A DNA stretch of 64,000 nucleotides from a virus, in the IMG/VR virus record IMGVR_UViG_3300009094_000001, positions 8,579-72,578 of that record, one strand, 5' to 3'. Both the position numbers and the translations under genes were made by a program. Under the pieces are notes generated by a model. The model was given only the letters and a program-made list of their open reading frames with translations. It searched no databases and had not been told where the DNA came from. The first letter of the stretch is position 1, and every line of letters starts with the position of its first letter. Positions 55,868-63,635 of the stretch are shown here, one piece after another.

Positions 55868-55940
55868 AAAGGTCCGCAGAAACGTCAAGAAGTCAAGCCG
55901 CAAGAAATAACTTGACAGCATGCGCGCGGCGGTGTAGATT
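55868..55940. promoter_or_regulatory. Back-to-back promoters: class II (-, 55868-55897) and sigma70 (+, 55912-55940)
   Basis: CTTGACT-N15-GGACCTTT on minus; TTGACA-N17-TAGATT on plus. Confidence 0.75.
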
Positions 55941-55946
55941 ATGGGC

Positions 55947-56198
55947 ATGAGCAAAGAACTCTTCGGGGCACAAATCAACACGGCGCGGAAACTCGCCAAC
56001 TAAAAAGGAATCGAAGCGCTACGCAATCCGCACGCGCTTATCGGCAAGATGTGCCGGTGCGGGGATTGTTTCTGCTGCGCCGCTTTGCTAGAACCGAAAA
56101 GTGTCAACAGGGCGCAATTGGTAAAAGCCTTACTGTCAACTAATTATGAGCGAACCATTGAAATTCTTCCCGCCATTCACCGTCACGACCAAGCGTGA
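55947..56198 (+). pseudogene. Small Cys-rich gene with in-frame TAA
   Basis: MSKELFGAQINTARKLAN*KGIEALRNPH..CRCGDCFCC; stop at 56001-56003. Confidence 0.45.
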
Positions 56199-56520
56199 GC
56201 TGAACTTCGGCGTGAAGCAGCCCAAGGAGGGTGTCGTGCCGCTTACAATCCCGGCCGGCATGCGCATCGAAGTCGCCTTTGCGGAAGGCAACGACCAGTT
56301 CGTTTATGTCTTAGGACAGAACAGCTTACGTAACCTCCGGCTCAGCATCACGCGCGCGAAAGGTGCAATCACCGGATTCTCCGCCCGTCCCAGCGAGCGC
56401 ACCCTTGAAAAGTGGCTATTCGACGACGTGGTCAAGACCCCAACCGGGCATCGAGTGGAGCCAGACGGTCACGGGCCGGACGGTAGCCCAAGCTGGCTTC
56501 GGGTGCTGGGCCTCATCTAA
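56146..56520 (+). CDS. Hypothetical phage protein (VEPDG motif)
   Basis: PSERTLEKW..VEPDGHGPDGSPSWLRVLGLI. Confidence 0.65.
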   Translation: MSEPLKFFPPFTVTTKRELNFGVKQPKEGVVPLTIPAGMRIEVAFAEGNDQFVYVLGQNSLRNLRLSITRAKGAITGFSARPSERTLEKWLFDDVVKTPTGHRVEPDGHGPDGSPSWLRVLGLI

Positions 56521-56806
56521 AAAGGCTCCCGGCAGACGCCGGGCGGACAAAAAGGGGGTGCGGGCGCGAGCCCGAAAACCCCAACTAATAAAAAAGTCAT
56601 AACTAGTTGCAATCAGGCAACCTTTTTTCTATTAACTCGTTCTTATATCTGGTGGATTGGAAGATTAGTAAAGGGGGCCCCCACCCCCTCACCCAAGTAG
56701 GGGGGGGGGTATGTGTTGTTCCCGGCTTCGCCGACCAAATCCCGCAACGCGTTAATATTTTTTCGAGATGCCGAAACGCCGTTCCGCCGAAATTATTAAA
56801 AGACAA

Positions 56807-56836
56807 CTTGACAATTCAATAATCCGTCGGACCTTT
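56807..56836 (+). promoter_or_regulatory. Class II promoter
   Basis: CTTGACA-N15-GGACCTTT; ATG 6 nt downstream (56843). Confidence 0.75.
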
Positions 56837-56842
56837 ACCCCG

Positions 56843-57349
56843 ATGAAAATCGAAGTCAACACGCCGGAAGGCCGGAAGGTCATCCAATACTGGGGCGTGT
56901 CCTACGTCAAGGAGAGGACCCAACCAAAGCTTTTCATCGACCCGCTTGGAAACTACAACCGTGCTGCTCACGAGCGCGCAATCGCCAAGGAGGAGCAGCA
57001 GCATTGGGAAGGCAGCGGAGAGCCACAAAGGAGCCCGATGGAAACGCACCGCTCTGGGTATTACATGACTTATGCTTACATCTTCGGCAAGGTCTGGCAC
57101 GTTGGCGTTTCTCAACTCGCCCGACGGGCAGCTCGACTACACGACAGCGTGCTTTTCCACTTGTGGGGATTCTACAAAAATCCCAAGACACGATTCAACC
57201 TTGCATCTGCTGAGCAATATTTAGCCAGCCCACCAGAGCTTTTCCCCGAGGTGGAAAAACTTCGTGCAAAGCTGATTGCAGAACTAACCCGAGAAGGTTC
57301 TGACGTTTCCCATTACAATCTCAGTTACGCAGATAAGGCCCGCCGATGA
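56843..57349 (+). CDS. Hypothetical protein
   Basis: Promoter-proximal ATG. Confidence 0.6.
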   Translation: MKIEVNTPEGRKVIQYWGVSYVKERTQPKLFIDPLGNYNRAAHERAIAKEEQQHWEGSGEPQRSPMETHRSGYYMTYAYIFGKVWHVGVSQLARRAARLHDSVLFHLWGFYKNPKTRFNLASAEQYLASPPELFPEVEKLRAKLIAELTREGSDVSHYNLSYADKARR

Positions 57350-57915
57350 AAGACTCCGACAAGATACTAACCGCTGATTTACAATACGCGCTTCCGGGAT
57401 ACTCGGGTCAGTTTGGATACCCGACCTTCGGAGACGTGAAGCAATACCTACCAGATTATTTTTCAGGGGACTGGGAGGAGTGGGACTTGCCGAACAAATC
57501 TTCTGTTATCCTTCGCTGGCACGGGCGTCAGGAGGACCTAGCCCAACAGCGCCTCTGGCAGGAGGAGGACAGAAAAGTTCTTGCGCGCATCGAGTCGGAC
57601 GAGCAATCCAAGAAACAGGTTGAAGAACAAAAACGTCTCGCGAGGGTTTCTCGACAAGAGAGTGAATCCGCAAGACGCGCGCACGGTGCATCTATCGTTG
57701 CGCAGCAAACCGCTTGCAGCGAGCGCAAGCGAATCGACAACCTCGTGGAGCAGGCCAACGATTACATCGCCAACGTGAGCAAGCTTGTAGCTACGCTGCG
57801 CGGAATACCGGCCGCGCGTTTACACGAGGTGGACACCGACTCGCTGTTTTTCAACTGTGGCCGGGTCAAGAAAATCATTGAGCCGACCGCGCCCGGTCAA
57901 ATCTCCCCGGTGTGA
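57346..57915 (+). CDS. Hypothetical coiled-coil protein
   Basis: ATGA-coupled 189-aa ORF. Confidence 0.6.
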   Translation: MKDSDKILTADLQYALPGYSGQFGYPTFGDVKQYLPDYFSGDWEEWDLPNKSSVILRWHGRQEDLAQQRLWQEEDRKVLARIESDEQSKKQVEEQKRLARVSRQESESARRAHGASIVAQQTACSERKRIDNLVEQANDYIANVSKLVATLRGIPAARLHEVDTDSLFFNCGRVKKIIEPTAPGQISPV

Positions 57916-57979
57916 CGACACTCGAAATTCTCACAATTCTCTGCTTGACAATGGTAGCATATAGGCTATTCTTCCCGCG

Positions 57980-58576
57980 ATGAAACGCAACAAAATTGTC
58001 TACAAGCTGACTGATGAGAATGGCCGCACATACAATGGAACTCAGTGGGGGCCCGGCATCTCGCACTCTGGAACCGGCGATGGAGAACTCTGCGGGCCCG
58101 GGTTTATCCACTACTACGACGATGCCCTGCTTGCCGTTTTGCTGAATCCTATTCATGCGGATTTCAAAAATCCGAGATTGTGGGAATCAAAGCCGAGTGG
58201 AAAAACTAAGCAGGATAATGGATTGAAATCCGGTAGCAGGACATTGAAGACCATTCGAGAGATTCCACTGCCAGTCGTGACTACGGAAGTCAGGATAGCG
58301 TTTGCGATTTACTGCGCCCTTGAGTGTTCTGTTTCAGACTCTTTTAGAGTGTGGGCGGAGCGCTGGCTATCCGGCGAAGACCGCTCTGTTGGGTCGGCGG
58401 AGCAGGCGGCGCGGGCGGCGTGGGCGGCGGCGGCGGAGCAGGCGACGGCGGAGCAGGCGACGGCGGCGCGGGCGGCGGCGCGGGCGGCGGCGGCGGCGGA
58501 GCAAAATAAAAAATTTTCCTTAGTTGAACTTGCACAGAAAGCACTTAAACATGAACAACAACACATTTCAAACTGA
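57980..58576 (+). CDS. Hypothetical protein with Ala-rich repeat tail (leaderless)
   Basis: TTGACA-N16-TATTCT at 57945-57972; LCGPGFIHYY..NPIHA..PRLWE; GCGGCG-rich repeat at about 58395-58502. Confidence 0.7.
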   Translation: MKRNKIVYKLTDENGRTYNGTQWGPGISHSGTGDGELCGPGFIHYYDDALLAVLLNPIHADFKNPRLWESKPSGKTKQDNGLKSGSRTLKTIREIPLPVVTTEVRIAFAIYCALECSVSDSFRVWAERWLSGEDRSVGSAEQAARAAWAAAAEQATAEQATAARAAARAAAAAEQNKKFSLVELAQKALKHEQQHISN

Positions 58577-59666
58577 ACCCGGCTGCGGATTCAGGCCCGG
58601 AGACCGGTGGGTGACGGAGGTCCCCTCGATTGGAAGGGTGGTCCGCGTCATCGACTTCGTATCGGAAACTCACGTTGTCTACACCCGGACTGTAGGAGAC
58701 GGACCCGGCGAATACCGCCAGTATTCGCGCCAGCGACCGCTCGCCCTCAGGGACTACTGGGATAGCTACGAAACCGCGAAGTGTTTTCGCGTCGGCGTGC
58801 AGGTTTTCCCTGCGGTCGAGGTGGATTTTGGCTGCAATTCTTCTTGCGGCTCCGGCAAACCCGACAATCAAGTCGAGGTCAAAGTAACCACCGGCGGGCA
58901 ATCCAAGAGCGTGGTTTTTGATGTCCCGACCGCAACAGAGGTTCAGCAACTCCGGGAACAGCTCAGGACTTTCGACGCCGCGAACCTCTGGCAGGCGAAT
59001 CAAATTAAAGCGCTGACCCACGACAACGAACAGCTGCGGAAAGAGCGGGACGGCGCAAGGACCGAAGGGAGGAAAATCCTCGAAAACTTCTGGTCGTTGA
59101 ATGAAACCCAGAACCGGCAGAACAAGCAGATTTTCGATTTGCGCGAAGAGCTTCGCGGAACCAAGGAACAGCTCATCCAGACCGAGGGCTTGCGCTGTTC
59201 TCAAGTCCGGGCTTTGGATAGCCAAATCGACGAACTGACGAAACGACTCGCCGACGCAACGGAACTTGAGAACCGTCTTCGTGAAAACGTCAAGCTCCTT
59301 CAAGGTCGCATCGACAACTTAGTGCAAGCCGAGAAAGCGGCGGGGTATTACACCAATTGGGACACTTTCCTTGCCCGCATTACGGCAGAACATGACTGCT
59401 CCACCATCACCTTCGACGCCGTTACCGGTGAGCCGAACGTCGGATTTCGGGTCGGCGACGTGTGGGAATGTTCCGGCACTAATAACTTCACGCGCACTAT
59501 CTTGGAAGTTTCCCCGGAGTGGGTTTGTTACAAGGTCGTTAACAACGAGACCAAGTATCGAATGGAAGAGCGGATTAGCAGAATTCCCGGTGTAGGAACC
59601 TGCACCACAAAAAACTGGAAGGATTACACCGCCGGTCTTGTCAAGTTCACGCGCGCAGCCGCATAG
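58551..59666 (+). CDS. Coiled-coil protein with a duplicated terminal domain
   Basis: GFRPGDRW and GFRVGDVW domains flank a long coiled coil. Confidence 0.65.
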   Translation: MNNNTFQTEPGCGFRPGDRWVTEVPSIGRVVRVIDFVSETHVVYTRTVGDGPGEYRQYSRQRPLALRDYWDSYETAKCFRVGVQVFPAVEVDFGCNSSCGSGKPDNQVEVKVTTGGQSKSVVFDVPTATEVQQLREQLRTFDAANLWQANQIKALTHDNEQLRKERDGARTEGRKILENFWSLNETQNRQNKQIFDLREELRGTKEQLIQTEGLRCSQVRALDSQIDELTKRLADATELENRLRENVKLLQGRIDNLVQAEKAAGYYTNWDTFLARITAEHDCSTITFDAVTGEPNVGFRVGDVWECSGTNNFTRTILEVSPEWVCYKVVNNETKYRMEERISRIPGVGTCTTKNWKDYTAGLVKFTRAAA

Positions 59667-59671
59667 TTTTT

Positions 59672-60148
59672 ATGTCAAACTCAAACCAGAACACACCGCC
59701 ACCCAACAACATCATCCCCTTTCCCCTCACCGGGAGTAAGGTCATCCAACCCGCCAGCAGAGGCACCATTCCCGAAGAGCTGGCGAGGCTGGACGGGCAG
59801 CCGCTCGCTTGTGCAAAACCCGAGGAGAATCGAATCATCGACATCGATGCGAAGGTTATTCCCGGCAAGGAAACCGCCAACAATGTGGAGTTCCAGCTGC
59901 ACGACGACGGTGCGCTCATGCGCTACATCGAACGCCCGGGGTTTTCGCCGCAATGCATCCTCGTTGACGGCGTCGGCCGGCAGTTCGGCATCGTGCGCAA
60001 CGCAGAAGTCGGCGAGCTTGTCTGTAATGGAGTAAACTTTTTGCACATGGCAAAGACGATGATGGACGCCGAGGAAAAGTTGAAGGCCGATAAGGATAAC
60101 CCGGGCGGACCTCCTCCCGCGCTGCTTTTGCCTCCGACGACTTCTTGA
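59672..60148 (+). CDS. Hypothetical protein
   Basis: 158-aa ORF in the operon. Confidence 0.6.
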   Translation: MSNSNQNTPPPNNIIPFPLTGSKVIQPASRGTIPEELARLDGQPLACAKPEENRIIDIDAKVIPGKETANNVEFQLHDDGALMRYIERPGFSPQCILVDGVGRQFGIVRNAEVGELVCNGVNFLHMAKTMMDAEEKLKADKDNPGGPPPALLLPPTTS

Positions 60149-60149
60149 C

Positions 60150-60602
60150 ATGGCTGCGATTCCTTTAACTCAGGGCTTCTTTGCTCGCGTGAGCTTGCAA
60201 GATTACCCTCGCGTGTCGCAATTCAAGTGGTGCGTAGCGAAGCGAAGGAACACCCGATACGCGGTCAGCAGGCAAGCGGGGGCCGGTAGGGTTGTCTACC
60301 TGCACTCCTTCATATTAGGAGAGGGTCCGGGAGAGGTTTCACACAGAAACGGAGACGGTCTAGATTGTAGAAGGGGAAACATACGCCGGACAACCCATCA
60401 GGAAAATCTACTCGGCCCTCAGAAAAAGCGGCCGGGAACACTTAGCCGTTTCCGGGGAGTCAGTTGGGACCGGCGGCGGAATAAATGGTATGCCAAGTCG
60501 AACAGGCTTGGAAAGCAAGTTTTCTTAGGGTATCACGACTCGGAAACTGCGGCTTCGCGCGCTTTTCAAAAGTGGAGCCGTGAATACTTGAAACAAATCT
60601 AA
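60150..60602 (+). CDS. HNH-AP2 endonuclease (possibly degenerate)
   Basis: YLHSFI..VSHRNGDGLDCRRGNI plus AP2 domain (FRGVSW..LGYH). Confidence 0.8.
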   Translation: MAAIPLTQGFFARVSLQDYPRVSQFKWCVAKRRNTRYAVSRQAGAGRVVYLHSFILGEGPGEVSHRNGDGLDCRRGNIRRTTHQENLLGPQKKRPGTLSRFRGVSWDRRRNKWYAKSNRLGKQVFLGYHDSETAASRAFQKWSREYLKQI

Positions 60603-60608
60603 ATTCCT

Positions 60609-60707
60609 ATGCAAGAAATAATTCATTTTCTAGTCGCCGCCGGATTCTTCTGTTTCGGATTCGTCCTCGGCTACATTATTGTGCAGTGGTTGCTCGAAAA
60701 CGATTGA
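60609..60707 (+). CDS. 32-aa single-TM microprotein
   Basis: MQEIIHFLVAAGFFCFGFVLGYIIVQWLLEND. Confidence 0.5.
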   Translation: MQEIIHFLVAAGFFCFGFVLGYIIVQWLLEND

Positions 60708-60709
60708 GT

Positions 60710-61015
60710 ATGAATAAGGCTCCAAAGCGTAAACGGCCGCCCGGTCCGTCCTCCCGAGACCTCGGGCTCGATAGTAATCAAGCCGGCAAGGGAGATACCG
60801 CGCGCAGTTGTTTTTCCGAAGATTACAAAGAGAACTTTTCCGAAATCGCCGGGTTCGGCAGCGCTGCGGGATTCACCCAAAAGAAAAACGGCCGGCAGGT
60901 GAAGACCTACAGTCGAAACGCCGAAACGCCGAACTCGCCTTCCGACTCGACGCCGCATTTGCCTAAACCGAGACGGGAAGTGGACTGGAGCCGCCGGGAC
61001 TGCCGAGACCGATAA
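60710..61015 (+). CDS. Hypothetical protein
   Basis: AGKGD..R...Y.ENF..I motif of small phage proteins. Confidence 0.55.
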   Translation: MNKAPKRKRPPGPSSRDLGLDSNQAGKGDTARSCFSEDYKENFSEIAGFGSAAGFTQKKNGRQVKTYSRNAETPNSPSDSTPHLPKPRREVDWSRRDCRDR

Positions 61016-61022
61016 AATCACC

Positions 61023-61133
61023 GTGAAAAACTTCATCGAAAACCTGAAATTCGTAGGCGTCGTTGCACTGTGCGTGCTCGTCATCATCGCCTCGATTGTG
61101 CTATCGTTCGTCAAGTTCGTCATCGTATTATGA
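61023..61133 (+). CDS. 36-aa single-TM microprotein
   Basis: VKNFIENLKFVGVVALCVLVIIASIVLSFVKFVIVL. Confidence 0.45.
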   Translation: MKNFIENLKFVGVVALCVLVIIASIVLSFVKFVIVL

Positions 61134-61240
61134 AACTCTGGAAACTGCTACTGGTCCTCTCCGGCATCGCGCTGCTGGCCACGCTTACGCTCGTAGCCAT
61201 CGTGTCCCTTGTCATCAAACTCGTCTGGACCTCGTTGTGA
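61130..61240 (+). CDS. 36-aa single-TM microprotein
   Basis: MKLWKLLLVLSGIALLATLTLVAIVSLVIKLVWTSL; ATGA/GTGA-coupled. Confidence 0.45.
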   Translation: MKLWKLLLVLSGIALLATLTLVAIVSLVIKLVWTSL

Positions 61241-61509
61241 TTCCCATCACCGATATCGAAGACCCGCGCTTGGCTCCTAACTGGACTGGGGATGTTCGCT
61301 CCGCTGCCGAAGTGGAGAAGGATTTTTTGGAATCCCCGAAGCGGGTAGCGGCGTTGTTACAAGCCATCCGGGAGTTCAGGGGCGGAATTGCGAAGGATTT
61401 TGTTCTGCGCAGGGCTCGGGAGATTCTTGATGAAAAGCCAGTGAAGCTGCTGAGCCCTGCTCAGGTTGTGAGTGAGTGTGACGACCGAAGCACCCCCGAC
61501 ATTTTTTGA
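61237..61509 (+). CDS. Hypothetical protein
   Basis: GTG start overlapping the upstream TGA. Confidence 0.5.
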   Translation: MIPITDIEDPRLAPNWTGDVRSAAEVEKDFLESPKRVAALLQAIREFRGGIAKDFVLRRAREILDEKPVKLLSPAQVVSECDDRSTPDIF

Positions 61510-61744
61510 ACGCGTTATGCCCTTCGATTACTCACAACCAATCCCGGACGAGTTCAAGTGCCCGGCTGTCGAGGAGGCCGTTAGGCGGCTGACGGAAACC
61601 GTCAATAAAATGCGGCAGGAAGCGTGGCGGGCCGGCTATGAAAAAGGTCTAGCTGATGCCAAGGTCAAGCACGATGCGCTGGCTGACCGGATTGCGCATC
61701 CGTATCTCGGACTTGCCGGCTGGAATTTTCCGCCGTCCGCATGA
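61472..61744 (+). CDS. Hypothetical protein
   Basis: ORF with a GYEKG motif; start uncertain. Confidence 0.5.
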   Translation: MSVTTEAPPTFFERVMPFDYSQPIPDEFKCPAVEEAVRRLTETVNKMRQEAWRAGYEKGLADAKVKHDALADRIAHPYLGLAGWNFPPSA

Positions 61745-61962
61745 ACCCCTTTCTCGAATCTGAGGACCCGCCAATCAACGATGTCTGGCACCGGATTATT
61801 AAATATGCCAGGGTTGTTCCGGGGGCAGAGCATGATTTTGCCGAGTATGAAACAAACCGGCAGCTTTGCCTCGACGGCAACCTGTCGGGGGAATTACGAG
61901 AAAAGTATAAAGGTATCGCGGGTGCAGCGGCGAAGCGAATTATTGCAAGATTTGGGGAGTAA
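61741..61962 (+). CDS. Hypothetical protein
   Basis: ATGA-coupled ORF. Confidence 0.5.
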   Translation: MNPFLESEDPPINDVWHRIIKYARVVPGAEHDFAEYETNRQLCLDGNLSGELREKYKGIAGAAAKRIIARFGE

Positions 61963-62001
61963 TTCCTTGACAGGTAGACCCGCCGGGTGTATAGTTCCGG
62001 C

Positions 62002-62271
62002 ATGAGCAAGAACACCGCCAGCCACGAATTCACCGCAAAAAACCTTGGGGACTGCGCCGTTTGGACTCGGCCTGATGGGTCCTCTCAGTCCGTGACAATC
62101 ACGGGGACGGATTTTAACGTCGCGCCGGGGTATTATCCGAATCAGGAGGATGAGCTTCGGCTGTCGTGGAAGGATTCCTCCGACGCAATCGCCCGCTCGG
62201 TTTACTTGCCCCGTTCCCGTTGGAACGAGTTGACCTTGTTCCCCGCCGGCTGCAAATTCATGGTAGTATGA
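62002..62271 (+). CDS. Hypothetical protein (leaderless)
   Basis: TTGACA-N17-TATAGT at 61967-61995; ATG 6 nt downstream. Confidence 0.6.
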   Translation: MSKNTASHEFTAKNLGDCAVWTRPDGSSQSVTITGTDFNVAPGYYPNQEDELRLSWKDSSDAIARSVYLPRSRWNELTLFPAGCKFMVV

Positions 62272-62498
62272 ACGACTCTTGGAAAACGTTGCCACTTGGA
62301 GAGATTATCAAGTGGGGCGACTTTTGGTTCCGCCCTTACGATAGCACTTGGGTTGAAGTGGGTGCCGGCTTGGTCGGACGGCGGACTAGCCCGAGCACGC
62401 TCGTCTCCCGCAAACAAGAGCACGGTCGAAAATGGTATTCGACCGTCTTGCACTTCTTGGAAAAAAATCGATTTGACAAACTGCGCGCGAGCGAGTAA
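62268..62498 (+). CDS. Hypothetical protein
   Basis: ATGA-coupled ORF. Confidence 0.45.
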   Translation: MNDSWKTLPLGEIIKWGDFWFRPYDSTWVEVGAGLVGRRTSPSTLVSRKQEHGRKWYSTVLHFLEKNRFDKLRASE

Positions 62499-62509
62499 CC
62501 TACCCCGTT

Positions 62510-62902
62510 ATGAGCAACAAAATTTACAACGTCGGGGCGTTCGGGATTCCGCAGGATATCCAGCTCCAAATACACACGGCGCGGCTAATGCTTACTTGGA
62601 GCACTCATGCCGCTCACGAGATTCAGACCGACCGATACGGGGGAATCCCAGTGAGCCTCGCCGGTAGCTGTGTCGATTTTAAGGGATTGGACTGGTCGTT
62701 AGTTGAGGCCGAAACCACCGACACACTGCGCGGTGAAGTGGTCACAAAATTTGTCGTGCGACGCGATATCGACGCCGGTCGGTCGCTGGTGCTCGTCATC
62801 CGCCCCGACGGGCCCGGACGTGGATTCGTAATCACCGCATGGATTAACCTGACGACGGATACCCACAGAACGCTCAACAAAAACCGATTCGACAGGCCAT
62901 GA
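62510..62902 (+). CDS. Hypothetical phage protein (leaderless)
   Basis: TTGACA-N17-TAACCT at 62473-62501; STHA..DRYG..TAWIN..D.H.TL motif. Confidence 0.65.
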   Translation: MSNKIYNVGAFGIPQDIQLQIHTARLMLTWSTHAAHEIQTDRYGGIPVSLAGSCVDFKGLDWSLVEAETTDTLRGEVVTKFVVRRDIDAGRSLVLVIRPDGPGRGFVITAWINLTTDTHRTLNKNRFDRP

Positions 62903-63101
62903 GCAGGATATTAACAAATTCTACTTTCTTTTCGCCGGGGATGAATACTACCCCAATGGGGGTTATGCCGACTTCGTGGGTAATTTTGAACTCGCGTCGG
63001 AGGCGGTTGCCCGTGCCGCAAAAAATTCGCATGACTGGTGGCACGTCATTGACATCCGAACCGGCGGAGTTGTAGAAACTAGCGGAACTGGAATATTATG
63101 A
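62899..63101 (+). pseudogene. Frameshifted small phage gene (FLFAGDEYYPNGG..D type)
   Basis: ATG 62899 is out of frame with KFYFLFAGDEYYPNGGYADF..WWHVID, which ends at TGA 63101. Confidence 0.45.
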
Positions 63102-63343
63102 GCAACCCACTCGACCCCAACTTCAAGTCCCTTGCCCGAGAACACAAGGGAAAGGTCGCCCGCACGCACAAAGACAACACGTCCGAGTGCCGACTGTCCC
63201 GCCAGCAATTCGACCGGTTGCCAGCGCACGAAAAGGTGAACGCGTATTTCGCCAGCAACATCTCGCGGCGTGCCCAAGCGGAGTTCCACAATAATCCGAA
63301 GCTCTCGCTGTATAACTTTTCGTTGACCCTCAACCCGCGATAA
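63098..63343 (+). CDS. Hypothetical protein
   Basis: ATGA-coupled ORF. Confidence 0.5.
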   Translation: MSNPLDPNFKSLAREHKGKVARTHKDNTSECRLSRQQFDRLPAHEKVNAYFASNISRRAQAEFHNNPKLSLYNFSLTLNPR

Positions 63344-63344
63344 C

Positions 63345-63635
63345 ATGCCACTGCCTAAAGAACTTATCATCACCGTCACGCCTGCCGATGCACAAAACTG
63401 TGGGTGCTATTCAAGCATCCACAACTGCCTTTTTGCAACTGCGGTCAAGCGACAAACCGGGTTGTCCGTTTGTTGCGGGGACGCAACACTCACCATCGAT
63501 TCCGTGCGTTATTGGATTCACGAGGGAAGCCAAGCCATTCTCCGGCGATACAATTCCTCGCGAAATAAGAATTGGACTCTGTTGTCCAAGCCGTTAGTCA
63601 AGAAATCTTTCAAAGTTAAGATTACACGCGCGTGA
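63345..63635 (+). CDS. Hypothetical protein
   Basis: ITVT..D...CLFATAVKRQ. Confidence 0.55.
   Translation: MPLPKELIITVTPADAQNCGCYSSIHNCLFATAVKRQTGLSVCCGDATLTIDSVRYWIHEGSQAILRRYNSSRNKNWTLLSKPLVKKSFKVKITRA

Noticed and set aside
56001-56003. Stop-codon reassignment suggested by the in-frame TAA
   Set aside because: Single case; conserved genes end normally at TAA, TAG and TGA, and long genes are uninterrupted in the standard code.
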